From the human T2T-CHM13v2.0 reference genome, Homo sapiens, in assembly GCF_009914755.1 (NCBI RefSeq), contig NC_060935.1: DNA of 64,000 nucleotides, one strand, 5' to 3'. The position numbers and the translations under genes were made by a program. Position 1 is the stretch's first letter. Each line of letters begins with the position of its first letter. The notes under the pieces were generated by a model. The model saw nothing but the letters and a program-made list of their open reading frames with translations, was not told the DNA's origin and searched no databases. This document shows, piece by piece, positions 1-14,161 of this stretch.

Positions 1-2558
1 CATTTATTCAGTCATTCAACAAGCACTTACTGACAAAATCAAACATGGCAGCAGGTCTGGGGCAATGCAACAGAGATATGAATGGGATTGTGAGAACATG
101 AAGGGATGAAGGGGAATGGTGAGAAAAGGCTCCAAGAGAAGAAGATGTCTGAACAAATAGCCTAATGAGGATGCCACATAAACCAAATTCGGCCAGGAAA
201 GGAAGAGGAAAGGCATTCAAGCAGAGTGAACAGATTGTAAAAGGCACAAAGTCCAGTATGGGCACCACTTGAGGACTTGTCCAGTGTGGCTGGACTGCAG
301 GGAGCACCCAGGTGAACAAAAGAAGGAATTATGTTTTATCCTGGGTGTAATGAGGAGTTTCTTAACATTTCTAGGCATAGCAGTGACAAGATCAATTTTG
401 CTTTTAAGAAAGAACATTCTGGCTGTAGGGAGAAGTCAAGACTACAAGCTAGCTGCCCAGTCAGAGGCTGTTGCAGTATTCCAGTTGAGAAATGATGATG
501 GCTTGGACCAAGGAAATTGGCTGGAGGGACGCAGATGGACTCAAGACATATGTAGGAGGTAGGCTCATGAGACTTAGTAGCAGACTGGAATGGGGTAGGT
601 GAGAGAGGAGAAAGTATACAAGAATTAGTCCATTCAGGCTATGGGGCTGACAAGGAAACCTTCCTCCTACACAGAGTGAACCTTTCAACCTCTCCCTTCT
701 CCAACCTCCTCTAATTTAGCTGCCCAATATGCTCAGGTCTCCCCATCCCAAAAGCACCTCCTTTAATCCTCCTTCCCACTTTAGCTAAGCTTTCTGGCTT
801 TTCCTTCATAGTCAAAACATTACTCACTACATAAGTCTCATACACTCTGCTTTGTTATAGGCTCTGGGGACACAAGATGAACGAGAGCCAGGAGCAGCCT
901 TGGAGAACTCAAGTTCTGGGCATTGGCCTTGCTCTTGGATTCAAATCTGTGCCTTCCTTAATGGACTGGTCTCCCCGCCCCGGCCCCACCCCAACTCCAT
1001 CTCTTAGTCCTGCAGGGCTGTTTAAACTGGTCCCACCAACAGGCATCACTTTCTTCTAATGTGGACCTTCTACTAAGCTCTTCTCTGGCTGACCAGCACA
1101 GCTCTTGGGTTCTGCAGTGGTCCCCTGTGGCAGGACAGCACTCATCAGTATGAGAAGGGAGATACCATGAGCTCCACGAGCTAAATAGTAGAAGTGAGGG
1201 GGCACTAAAAGGTACAGTTTAGCGGTGAGGTAATGCCCCTCCAGTTTGAGCAGCTCAGGTTCTGGCTCAATACTGATGAGGCTTTGGGATGTCTTGTTCT
1301 TCCAGTCCCAGCCTATCCCACCCCTGACACCTGGCCAACTCTTACTCATCTTTCCATTCTTAGAATTTCCAGGTCACTTTTTCAGAGAAGACTAATGACC
1401 AAGTACCACCCTCCGCCCTACCAAATCAATATGCACATATAAACTTAGGTCACCAGGATATATGCTTTACAGCTCTCTTCATAACAATTATCACTTTGCA
1501 GCTAAATAACTGTTAAATATCGGTGTCCCCTTCTAAGGATGTAAGCCTCGCATGGCATAAGGACTGCATCTGTTTTGTTTGCTGCTGCACTTGCAGCACT
1601 GATATGGCATTTGGCACATAGTAGGCATTCAACAAATGAATGAACTCCCCAGCTCAATCTCAGACCTGAACTGGACATCTCCACTTGAATGCCGCATAGC
1701 TATCTCAAACATCTGCAAAAGTGAATTCATCAACTTAAACCTGGGCCTGCTCCTGAATGGCAACACCATCTACCCAGTCCACAAAGTCCTGCCATTCTTG
1801 ACATTTGACGATTTAGCAAAATCTGCCATTCTTGCTTCCTTAATATCTCTAGAATCTGCTGGTGTCCTAGTTTGGTCCTTAACATCTCTCTCCTATACCA
1901 TGGTATCTGAAAGTAGATCCCTGACTTCAGGGATCTCACAGTCTAGTGGGGGAGAAAGACTTAAACCAAAATAAAACAAAACAAAACCAGACAAAAACAA
2001 AAACAAACCAGTGATTCCAGTAAAGTATGAAAAGTACTATAGCAAAAGGCTGAGGGAACTGAGAAGAATGTGATTTAACATTCTGCCTAAGGGAATGAGG
2101 GAGTTTTCACAGAAGAGCTGATAAAACTGGAAGCTTAGACAATTACACAAGGACATAATATATACAAATCAAATTATTAATTCAGAATCACAAAATGTTT
2201 TTTGTCTTCTGTCAACTGATGCTGGTTCCACTCAGTGAGGTCTGCCTCATCCTCCACCATAGAAGTGTCCAAAAGAGAAAACGGTCATGTCGTGAGGACC
2301 CCAATCCCCATGTACTGAGAGGAGGAGGGGGATCAGACCTCATCAGGGAGCCCAGCCCATGCCAGCCCTAAGGACTCCAGAGTAAGAGAAGCAGAAATTC
2401 AACTTAGAAATCTGAGCCAGGCTCCTAGCAGTGGCGACATAGAGGGCAGGTGGAAGTAGAAGCAAGAGGAGGACTGCTATAGAAGTAGCAGGTGTTTGGA
2501 AGAGAGTGGAGCTATACCAGGTGTTCCCTCTCAATTCCCCACTCTGAAACAATGGGGA

Positions 2559-2867
2559 GGCCAGGTGCAGTGGCTCATGCCTGTAATCCCAGCACTTTCA
2601 GAGGCCAAGGCAGGAGGATAGCTTGAGCCTAGGAGTTCCAGACCAGCCCAAACAATATAGTGAAACCCCGTCTTTACTAAAAATAAAAATAAAATAAAAT
2701 AAATTAGCCAGGTATAGTGGCATGCGCCTGTAGTCCCAGCTACTCGGGAGGCTGAAGTAGGAGGATTGCTTGAGCACAGGAGGTCAAGGCTGCAGTGAGC
2801 TGTGATCATAGCACTGTACTCCAGCCTGGACAACAGAGACCCTGTCTCAAAAAAAAAAAAAAAAAAA
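2559..2867 (+). mobile_element. Alu (AluJ-like)
   Basis: Dimeric Alu with A tail; degenerate TSD aaacaatgggga / aaactatgagga. Confidence 0.92.
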
Positions 2868-3629
2868 CTATGAGGAAGTTCAGCCCCCTCACCAGGACAG
2901 ACAAAGTGGCACTTGTTTTTCTGTGCATGTGAGCAGTGAGCACACCTGTGTGTGTGCACAACAGAGAAGGGGTCCCAAATCTCAACTTTTATGCCAGGAA
3001 GCATTCCCAGCCTAGGGAGTTGGAAAGGAGCTGGAAGGTGTAACTGAGTAGGGAACTGAGCACCACCTCATTACTCCCCCGCAATCCCCTCCTCACTATC
3101 CAGGCTGGGCCCAAATGCCTTCCTGTGCTGCACAGGGCCTCTCCATTCCTCTGCTCTTAGAAATAGGGTAGGAGTAAAGGACGACTGGACAGAACTGGGA
3201 ATATGGCCACAGAAGAGTCCCTTGCACTTTTAGACTGTTAGGTGAAAAGCAGGGGTCAGAGAGTAGCCGTCACTGAGGGAAAGGACCTTAGCAGAGCTGG
3301 ATCGATGACATGAGTACTCAAGCAGGGTCAGGAAGTTTAAACGTATAGGTGTTTAGAAGTAAGGATCTTCAGCGAAAAGTTTTGCTACCCAGTAAAATGT
3401 TTCGAAGAAGTAAAGTGCATGGTAGTTAGAAACAATCCCCTATAGGATAAAATCAAAATTCCACACTCCATCTCCAAAACCAATTACAATCTGACCTCAG
3501 CTACCCCTGGCTTCTAATAGTAATCTACCTCCAGGCCTGCTGGGCTCCTTCCAGTTCCCTGAACCACCTCCTCCAGCACTTTCCCACCTGCTTGCCTTTG
3601 TTTACAGCCTCCACCTGGACGATGATATT

Positions 3630-3840
3630 TTTAACAATAGCTAACATCAGAAGTTTCACTAGATGTCAAGTATAGTACATCATTTAACACTCCCCGCAAC
3701 CCTATCAGATATACTTTTCCTAATTTTACACATGAGTTAACTGAAGCTCAAAGAGGTCATGTGACTTGTTAGTATGTGACAGAGCTAGGATTCAAGCTCA
3801 GGTGTCTGGTTTCAGAGCCTGAGCTTTTAACTGCTCTGCT
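3630..3840. mobile_element. MIR
   Basis: MIR core-like aattttacacatgagttaactgaagctcaaagaggtcatgtgacttg...ggattcaa. Confidence 0.65.
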
Positions 3841-4535
3841 GTGTCAACTACCCTGGTGCCCACTGTACTAGGCTCTGAGCTTTTACTACAAGAAACAGAG
3901 GGAAAAAAAGGCACATTTCCTGGCTTTGAAAAGGAGCTCACAGTGCAGCAGAAACCATGTTCATTCAGTGCGGTTGATGCCATAATCAGGTGTATGAGGT
4001 TATGGGAGAGGCAGTGGGAGGACCACCTGCTACAACTTCTAGCCACTGAAAGATACCCCCTTTGGCCAAGATACCCCTATGCAACTGTCTAGCCAACCTG
4101 ATAACTGCAGAGACTCCAGACAGACTACATACATTCAGGAGCCAGGCATGCATGTTGGAAGACACGGAGGGCAGGCCACCAGGAGAAAAAGGGAGAAAGT
4201 AAGAGGCTCAAGGAGAGGCAGAAGGAAAGGAGGAATGAGCCAGATCTTTGCAGTCCAGGAGCTGACCTGCCCTAAGCCATGGCCTACAAAGTAGAGGCTA
4301 CAAGCATAGTAAACTCTGGTTTCTGACTGAAGGTGCTGGTTACAGTTGTGGCCTATGGGAATGGGGTGGCTGGTGGGTGCGTAAGGGGTGATCCTTTGAT
4401 TCACTGCTCTTAAGGAACGGTACTATCTGTAGGGTTCCATCTTCCAGGAGGTGACCTGTACATTCTATCTTTTCAGTAGCCTGTAGCTTGAAAACTCTTA
4501 TTTTGGTGGTGGAGGAGAGCGGTAAAGGTGCTTAC

Positions 4536-4639
4536 CTGAATACACTGGTTGTTGCTGTCTGCTACCACGATGCGGCCGCTGCTGGCTGCGGACACACCTT
4601 GTAAATTGGTGAATTCACCTTTCTCCCTTCCACGACTGC
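4536..4639 (-). CDS. TRIM3: TRIM3 exon 7 (first NHL repeat, [16 protein letters not shown]...NNQCIQ); gene continues off the window start
   Basis: cag|GCAGT acceptor and CAG|gtaagc donor; 104 nt brings the CDS total to 1533 nt (511 codons). Confidence 0.95.
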
Positions 4640-4760
4640 CTGTGGGAAGGGACAGGAGGGAAAACAAAATAATTCATTCAGAGGTCATCTTGAACCTCCC
4701 TTCCCTCCCCACCCACTACCTGAGCCTGGCCCATCTGGCTCTGCCCTCGGCTGTCTGTAC

Positions 4761-5493
4761 CAACACGGAAGACGAGCTCATCCTCAATTGGGTTGTCCTT
4801 TCGTTTGCCGCCTGTGCTGTACATGGAGCTGGGCCTACGCACTGCCTTCTGGCGCACATGGCTGCCGGGGCCGCCAGGGGACTTGACACGGCGCTTCACA
4901 TCGTCCGGGGAAGGTGGCAGGTCCCCCGGACGCAGGGCACGCACGCGGAAGGGGCTGCCGCGCACTGGCTGTCCGTAGAGCAGCACCGAGAGGAGCAGCT
5001 CGCCTTCCGTGCGCGCTGTGTACACTAGCTCATATGTGCCATTCTTGTGGTCCACCACTGGCACCGGAAGGCGCGTGCCGTCCGGGCCGGTGATCTCTGC
5101 ACGCAGCTCAGCGCTGCCTGTGCGCACCAACCGCCCGTCCTTGTCTTTGGTAGTGACAGTGAGCGAGGCAGGCTGGCCCACTAGCGCCTGGCGCAGGCCC
5201 TCTCCCGTGGCCACCGTTTCGTGTGCAGTGGCGCTCGTGGTGAGCAGTGCGCCCAGATTGAGCACCGATCGCCGCAGACCGTCCACCTCAAGGACCAGTT
5301 CCAGCTGTGCATTCTCATGTGGCCGCTCCGGGAAGGCCTGTGCCGCCAATGCAGCCAGCCGCTCTCGCATGTGCTTGCGCACCAGCAACACCTCCGGGGC
5401 CGAGCCCAGGCGCAGTGCCTGCTCTGCAAAGCTGCAGCTACTGCCGATGTGTTCCTGACCCTGGCGCAGTGTGTCCAGCTGGCTTTGCAACAC
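4761..5493 (-). CDS. TRIM3: TRIM3 exon 6 (end of coiled coil and filamin/ABP280 repeat)
   Basis: Part of ORF 4678..5586 (VLQSQLD...ELVFRV); cag|GTG acceptor and TTG|gtacag donor; 733 nt, phase consistent. Confidence 0.96.
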
Positions 5494-5759
5494 CTGATGA
5501 GGGGTAGGGGAGGAGTGGGTGAGCAGACTGGCACAGGGGGAGTCTCTGTGATTACTGAAGTTGTAGCACTGTGGCATAAAATACAAGAGGGTGCCTGTGG
5601 ACAGAGGACACAGATGCCCACAGCACCTACCGAGGGCATGTCAGGAGGCAGAATATCTAGGCTGGGGAATGGGGAGCTGGTGTGGAAGACAGAGGAACAA
5701 TGGAGGCAATAACACCATCACAATGGACGATGGTAGGAAAGGGTGAACACAAGACACAC

Positions 5760-5940
5760 CTTCTGTTTGGCCCCACAAATGGTCTCCAGGTCGCTGACCA
5801 GAGCCTGCTTGCGCTGCTGCAGTGCTTGCTCCAGGTCCTCGAACGCTGCACTGATCTGGGCCAGGGCCTCTGCCTTGCGCTCCTGCAGCTGCTGGCTGAT
5901 GCCCCCGACTAAGGCAATTGCTGCGGACAGCTGTGGCAAT
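5760..5940 (-). CDS. TRIM3: TRIM3 exon 5 (coiled coil)
   Basis: [11 protein letters not shown]...ICGAKQK; ccag|ATT and AAG|gtgtgt; 181 nt. Confidence 0.95.
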
Positions 5941-6159
5941 CTGGAGGGGGAATATCTCATTCCAGAGTTGCTGAGGGTGGCTTTGCCGAACTTTCCCTTC
6001 TCCCTGGGGAACCTACTGCTGCCCTCATGGAGATCTCCTTCCTGAGACCTCCCTGAGACTTCCATCTCTGCCCTTCCCAGACCCTTTATTCCCCTCCCCG
6101 CCCGAGCTAAGACACCATCCCTGTGGCCCCACCAGCCCAGGACCCTGCCCAGTGCCTAC

Positions 6160-6311
6160 CGGCCACGCACAGCCTCGAGCTGGCGCTGCAGGGCCGCCTT
6201 GTGCTGCTCCACCACATCCCTCAGCAGCACTGTGCCATGCTCACGATGCTCCCCGGCGCGGCACTCACCACACATGGCCGTCTCACAGGCCTCACAGTAA
6301 AACTCCATCGT
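6160..6311 (-). CDS. TRIM3: TRIM3 exon 4 (B-box 2 zinc finger)
   Basis: [25 protein letters not shown]; cag|ACG and CCG|gtaggc; 152 nt. Confidence 0.95.
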
Positions 6312-6528
6312 CTGCGGTACAAGGACTCCAGTCGGGTAATGGCTAGACATCACACTTCTTTGTCCCCTCCCCACCTGCCCTCCCTGCCCCTCACCTTCTA
6401 AGTGCACCCCCTACCTGGACCACTAATCCAGAGCAGTACCCTGTCACCCAGCCACTCGGCACCCCCCAATGCCTCTCCTCCTCCTCCCACCCCAAGTCCC
6501 GGCCTCACTGGGCCTCGCTTGGGCCCAC

Positions 6529-6760
6529 CTTGCCTTCATGGTTGGGGCAGGAGAGAGGGCGGCCAGCCACTACACTGAGGGGGTGGGGGTCCTCCGGGTC
6601 GTGGGCCCCATCAGGTGCCTGCTGCATTGCCTCCATGAGGCTGCTGATGAAGAAGTTGTTCTGCAGTGCCGAGACGCCCTGCTCTGGGAGGATGGACGTC
6701 TGCCGGCATACTGGACAGGATAGCGTCAGGCTCTGGGCAGGGATATAGTTTTGGAGACAT
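6529..6760 (-). CDS. TRIM3: TRIM3 exon 3 (second half of RING and linker)
   Basis: Manual translation [20 protein letters not shown]...CPNHEGK; cag|ATG and AAG|gtgggc; 232 nt. Confidence 0.95.
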
Positions 6761-7989
6761 CTGTCCAGGAAGGAGAGTCAAAGAACAGAGTGGGTGGGGT
6801 GGCATAAGTGCACCCTTCCTTATACTTCCCATGGGTGCCAACCCCTTCCCTCACAGGTGTGCCATTACACTTCATTTTAAAACCTCTCTGCTTGACACAT
6901 CTCATCTGCCAGCAGGTATAATGGCCTTGCCCCTTACAACTGAGTAGGAACACACCCCGACCCCTCTCAGAAGAGCAGACTATCCACATTCCTCACAGTG
7001 TGCACACAGGCTCACCTTTCACAGGTGTTTACAAATGCTTCTCATAGGAATGTGCAACTAGGCACCCCCTGCCCAACTTCTTTAACTCATTAACACTACT
7101 GTCTACTCTTGCCAAATTTATGCCAAGCCCTGGGGACAAAAAGATAAAGCACAGTGCCTACCCTTAAAATACTTCCCATCTACAGAGAAAAAAGTCACAG
7201 GAATAGTACAGAAGTAAATAGCATGATGATTAAGGGAATGGGTCCTGGAGCTAGGCTGCCCAGGCCCAACACCCCGTTGGTCACCTGTTATACTGTATGA
7301 CCCCTGACAAGTTACATAACTTTGACAAGCCAAGGACTCTTCCTTTGTAAGATGGAGAAGTACAGACTTCACAGAGTGTTAGAGGATTACATGTAAAGTA
7401 CTTACTTATATTTGAAGAGGATTAAATGTAAAATGCCTGACTCATAATAGCACTATATATGGTAGGCTACTTGTATTACTTATTATTAATATAAGGAATG
7501 ATAGAAAGTGATAAGGAAATGCATCTGGCTCAAGCAGGTGGAGAGGGTGTCCAGGAAAGTCTTCAGAGAGTTGATGCAAACTAAATCTTCAAGGATAAAT
7601 AATTGTTAGCCTGACCAAAGAATGGTGCAGGCAGAGGGGGAAGGGTAGTCCAGATACAGAAGGCAGCAAGAAGCAGCATAGTATGAATAAGCAACTGTAA
7701 GCAGTTTGATGTGGCTGGCTAGAGACAAAGTCCAAGGCAAGGAATGGTGACAGAAGTCAAGGAGCTTAGAAGTTATCCTGCCAGCAATAGGAAGCTGCAA
7801 GAGAGTGGTATAGCCAGGTTTATATTTTACCAAGCTCCTCTTCACCCCCTCTGTGTGGGGAGTGAATTTAAAGGGAATGAGACAGCAGATGGGGTTGGGG
7901 GGCGAGGGCAGTGGCATCACCAGCTAGTTACCATTTATTAAGTGCATATGTGCCAGGTGCCATGCTTTCTGATTACGTTTCTGTTAGCA

Positions 7990-8720
7990 GGAGAAAGGGC
8001 AAGTGGCCCAAGGTAACAACAGCAGTAGGTGCTGAAGCCTGTCTTCAAATGCAAAGTATGTGCTTAGCCAGCATACTCTTACAATCATCTAGGTAGGAAG
8101 TGAAGAAGACCTGGATTTAGGCAATAGTAATGTAGACTATGAGGTGGAAATAAATTTGAGAAGTGTTTAAGAAGGAGGGAAGGTGGGAGGTGTTGTCTGA
8201 TTAGATATGGGGAGCAAGAGAGATGATGAGTCTTCGCTGACTTCCAAATTCCTAGCTTTGATAACTGAGTGGATAGTGGTGACATTCACTAAGATGAGAA
8301 ACATAGAAAGAGGAGTAGCTATAGGAAAGTTCAGCCTTGTCCTGGTTGAATTTACTGTAACAATAAACACCCAGGTTGAGGTCACCAGTAGACAGGAGAA
8401 TGAAGGTTAGAGACAAGAGATGGGCATGCCATCAACATTTAGATGGCTTCGGTAGCACTGGGAGAGGATGAGATCAGACAAGAAAGCATAGACAGTGATA
8501 AGAGAGAGGGACAGAGCACTTAGCAAAAACTGAATGAGGACAACAAAGAAGACCAGGCCGAGAGGCAGGAAGAGCAGCTGTGTTAGGGCAGAAAACTGAG
8601 TGGTACATTTCCAGGAGGGAATGAGTAGTCATCAGCGTTAAAAGCAGCTGACGAGTTGGGTAAGGTAAGGACAGGAAAATGTCCACTGAATTTGGCAAAT
8701 GTGAGGGTACTTTGTCTGTA
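7990..8720 (-). mobile_element. L2 remnant
   Basis: Antisense L2-like blocks (gctgacttccaaattcctagc, gacattcactaagatgag, tccactgaatttggcaa). Confidence 0.55.
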
Positions 8721-9334
8721 GGGAAAACAGGGAGGGAGTGGCAGGAGAAGGAAAGCTTGACTGCTGGAAGTTGAGTGAAGGGGAGCTTGAAAGTTCCAAT
8801 GAGGAGCTGGTTGAGGGGTTGGATGGTGCTAGAAAGAGTTTTTACCTGTTTGGCATGGGAGTTTTGAGCATGTTTATGAATGGAGGAGTCAGGAGAGAAG
8901 GAGAGGGGGAAGAGACTACAAAACTGAGAGGAGAAGATCTTGAGGATTGGGGAGTGCCTCGGATTGGCCTGAAGAGGAGGACTGGACGTCAGTCTCTGAA
9001 TGGAGGGAAGGAGGAAAGGAGAGGAGGATATAGAGAGGCACTAGGGACATAGGAGAGTGAAGGATGGAGGATTCAGGGGCCTGATGATGGCTCAGATTAG
9101 TCAGTGATGGGAGAGCAGAGGACACTTACTAGAAACAGACATCAGAACTGAAGGCAGCTGTATTTGGGGACCTCAAATTTGTGGAGTGAAGATCTGCATT
9201 ATGCAAACTCTCCCATATCCTCAATCTCAACTCTTAATGTTTCCTATAACTTAGGATCTTAATTAAAATCTGACAAACACTATGTGCCAGGCATGATTCT
9301 AAGTGCTTCACAAGTATTAACTTATTTAATTGTG

Positions 9335-9668
9335 TTTTCTTTGTTTTTGTTTTTTTGGTGGCTTTTTTTTTTTTTTTTTTTTTTTTGAGACGGAGTCCTG
9401 CTCTGTCACCCAGGTGTGAGTGCAGTAGCACAATCTTGGCTCACTGCAACCTCCACCTCCCGGGTTCAAGCGATTCTCTTGCCTCAGCCTCCCGAGCAGC
9501 TGGGATTATAGGCTCACACCATCACGCCTGGCTAATTTTTGTATTTTTAGTAGAGATGGGGTTTTGTCATGTTGGCCAGGCTGGTCTCAAACTCCTGACC
9601 TCAGGTGATCTGCCCGTCTCGGCCTCCCAAAGTGCTGGGATTACAGGCATGAGCCACCATGCCCAGTG
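9335..9668 (-). mobile_element. Alu (AluS-like)
   Basis: Full Alu; 17-bp TSD taacttatttaattgtg at 9318-9334 and 9669-9685. Confidence 0.94.
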
Positions 9669-10864
9669 TAACTTATTTAATTGTGACTTACTTTTCCTTG
9701 CAGTCCTCTCAAGTAGAGTGGTTTCTGTCTCATACTCCACACTCCTTAGGGCCAGAAGGTGGGCTTGAGCCCTCCCTCTTCCCAACTGGAACATTTCTGA
9801 ACTATTCAACTCTAGCTCCTTTGAAGCTCATGCCTTCTATCTCTATCACTCCTCCTTATTGTTGTCTCTGCTAACCTAATGGTTGCCCCCACTTCCAATT
9901 GTGGACATCTTTCTCTTGGCTCACTCTCTTCTTCCATTACCCCCCCCACCACTCTGCCATCATTCTCAGTGGCACTAACATCCATCCCCCATTGTGATTT
10001 CTTAATTCCTTGACCTTCTCACCCCCAGTGATCTTTTCCCCCATTTCCCATGCTCCCACTAACACCCACTTCTCATCAACTATCACTGCATTTCAACCAT
10101 TCTACTCTATTCTTCAGCAGCTTTCTTCCAAGCTCACTGAATCTAGTGTTTCCCCATGCAAAACACCTTCTAATTCAGCAATATCCCCTTCCTATTTGTC
10201 AAGTGTACCTGGCTCACGATAGCTTCCTAACTGGTCTCTGTTTCCACTCTTGCTCCTTTATAATCCATTCTCTCCATAACAGCTAGGGTGAACTTTTTAC
10301 ATTACATTATTTCCCTGTATATATATATTTTTAAAAACTCCAATGGTTTCCCATTGCACTTAAAATAAAATCCAAACACTTTCTGAAAACCTACAAGCTC
10401 CCCCTTAAACTGCCCTTATTCTCTCCAATTTCACCTCATCCCACTTTACTCCTCACTTGGCCACACTGGTTTCTTTTCTGGTATCTGAACATGTCCTGTC
10501 TACTTCTTCCTCAAGGCCTTTGCACAGATTTTTCTATTGCCTGGAACAATCTGTCTCCTTCTTATCCTCAGAACTCAGGTCAAATGTCACCTCCTCAGGG
10601 AAGCCTTCCTTGATGACTATATAGAATAGTTCTTGCCCCAAACACCCCTACTTCTCTCTGTTTATATCCTGTAAAACATTAATACAAGCTGCAGCTCTCT
10701 TGTTTTCTTGATTGCTTACTGTCAGTCACTGCCCACTAGAACATACTCTGAGAGCAGGGACCAAGGGATACATGAATGAATACTAGTTGACAGTGAAGGC
10801 TCTGCAGTGAAAACTGGATTCAGATCTCAGCTATTTACTTACTGTGTAGCCTTGGAAATATTTC

Positions 10865-11176
<312 letters not shown>

Positions 11177-11240
11177 AGAGATATTTCTTAATTATTTACT
11201 GACTTTGAACCTTAGTTTCCTCCTCTCTAATATGGGGATA

Positions 11241-11722
<482 letters not shown>

Positions 11723-13057
11723 TTACATTAAAAAATTAAAATAAAAAAATAAAATGAAGTTAATAAAGTATCTGTTGCAGGGATTAAGGAAATCAGTATG
11801 TATAAATCACTTAGCCAGTCCCTGGCAAACAGTAAGCAATCAATACATGGTAGCTACTGTTATTACAATTTCTCAGCCAGATTTTCTCCAGGAGTGCTCA
11901 GTGATCTGGGCACAGGAGAAAGTGCAGAGACATCCAATTTCAGCTCTGATCCAACATTGAGCTTCTATTGCATGGGTTTTGCAAAGGATAAAGATGTGAA
12001 GGAACTGCAGGGGAGCCAGTCGGTCAGCCACAGGGTCCAGGATGGGCAGGAAAGACAGGGAGGCCAGGACGCAGCTGGTGACTGGGAAAAGAGGGAGCAG
12101 TCAAAGGGGCTAGATATCTATATTGTATCGAAAGTGGTGTAATGGGAGTGGGGTAACGGGAGCCAGGAGTGGAACGTTGGCGTTTATGACTACAGATAAG
12201 ATTCTGGATTATAAGATTCAGGGCATGGTTGGGAGGGAGTGTTACTGAGGTGGAATGGGGGACAACCCTGAAGAAACAGTTAAGAACCAACAGGCACAAG
12301 AGGGTGGTTGTCCCCAGGCTGACAGAAGAACTTGAATGGACAGGAAAACTGAGGCCATTTCCAGTTGATAAAGGAGAGTGGGCAGTGGAGCTGGAATCTC
12401 AAAGAGCAGGGCTGGCAGGGAAGCAGTATCTCTGGTGCAGAGCCAGGTTTCCGTTGGGGCAGAAGGCAGAGGAAAAGTGCGGATAGAGGCAGTGGTGGTG
12501 AGAAGACCTAGGGACCAGGCCACCCAAGACAGAACAATGAGAGATAAGGGCCCAAGAGAATATTGTCAAAATACAGATGTGATCACATATAAAACCCTGC
12601 AAAGGCTTCATGTGGCTCTCAGGGTAAAGGTGAAATTCCCTAACAGGTCTACAAAGCCCTAGGTGGTCTGGCCTCCACCTACCTCTCCAGCTTCATCCCA
12701 TAATACTCTCAGTCACACTCACTCTGCTCTAGCCCTACCAGGCTTCCTCCAGGCCTCTTACCTGACATATTTTCTCATGTCACATGAGCTTTTCCAATGG
12801 TCTTTCTTCTGTGCAGAATGCTCTTCCAACCCCCTTTACCTAGTTAACTCCTATTCATCCTCTGAATTGCTCCTCAGGGAAACCTTCCCTGATTCTCCAA
12901 ACTATAACAGATTCCATATGCCAATCTCTCATAGCTCAGCACTTTATTTGCAGCACTTACTAAAAGTTATATTTATCTATAATCTGGCTATATGATTATT
13001 TGATGACTATCTTTCTCTTTCACTATACTGTTAGCTCTTTAAGAGTAAGCATTGTAA

Positions 13058-13693
<636 letters not shown>

Positions 13694-14030
13694 TCATAAA
13701 TTGCTGATGCCAAAGCTGGTTGAGTCTGAGCACTGTTTGATTTCTTAGGTGGTGTCAAAAGCTGCCTTGAGGTTTGGGAAAGGACAGAGAAGGCCCTATT
13801 CTTGACAGGAACCATGGCCCAGTGTTATGGTTCTTATGGTTCTCTCACAGGTTCTTGCCCTCAAAACCTCATTTCCTGCAGGTTGGGGTTCACCTGCTCT
13901 CCTCCCAGGTAAGCATGTTGCCTCACCTACTACAGGTTTACACATGCTCCCTCACCCTCCCCACAGGGGAGGAGGATCCTCATCCTCCCCACAGGGTCCT
14001 CATCCCTCCCCAGTACACACATCCCCTCAC

Positions 14031-14161
14031 CTCTCACAGAAGGTGTGCAGGCAAGGAAGAACCTTGGGGCACTGGTACCGATCCAGGCAGATGCTGCATA
14101 CCAGGAACTGCTTGTCCATTGGCTGGACCTCTGGGCCAGGGCTGTCCTCCCTCTTTGCCAT
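14031..14161 (-). CDS. TRIM3: TRIM3 first coding segment (exon 2 = 14031-14198, with 37 nt of 5'UTR); first half of RING
   Basis: gccATGg Kozak; [44 protein letters not shown]; GAG|gtgagg donor; tacag| acceptor at 14199-14200. Confidence 0.96.

Noticed and set aside
4549-5712. Plus-strand ORFs of 149-163 aa over TRIM3 exons 6-7
   Set aside because: Antisense shadows of a GC-rich coding exon; no recognisable product or splice structure.
13851-13908. Plus-strand pseudo-exon (cacag| ... CAG|gtaagc) antisense to TRIM3, inside ORFs 13774..14307 and 13827..14486
   Set aside because: Isolated splice-like pairs are common; no promoter or partner exons are visible.
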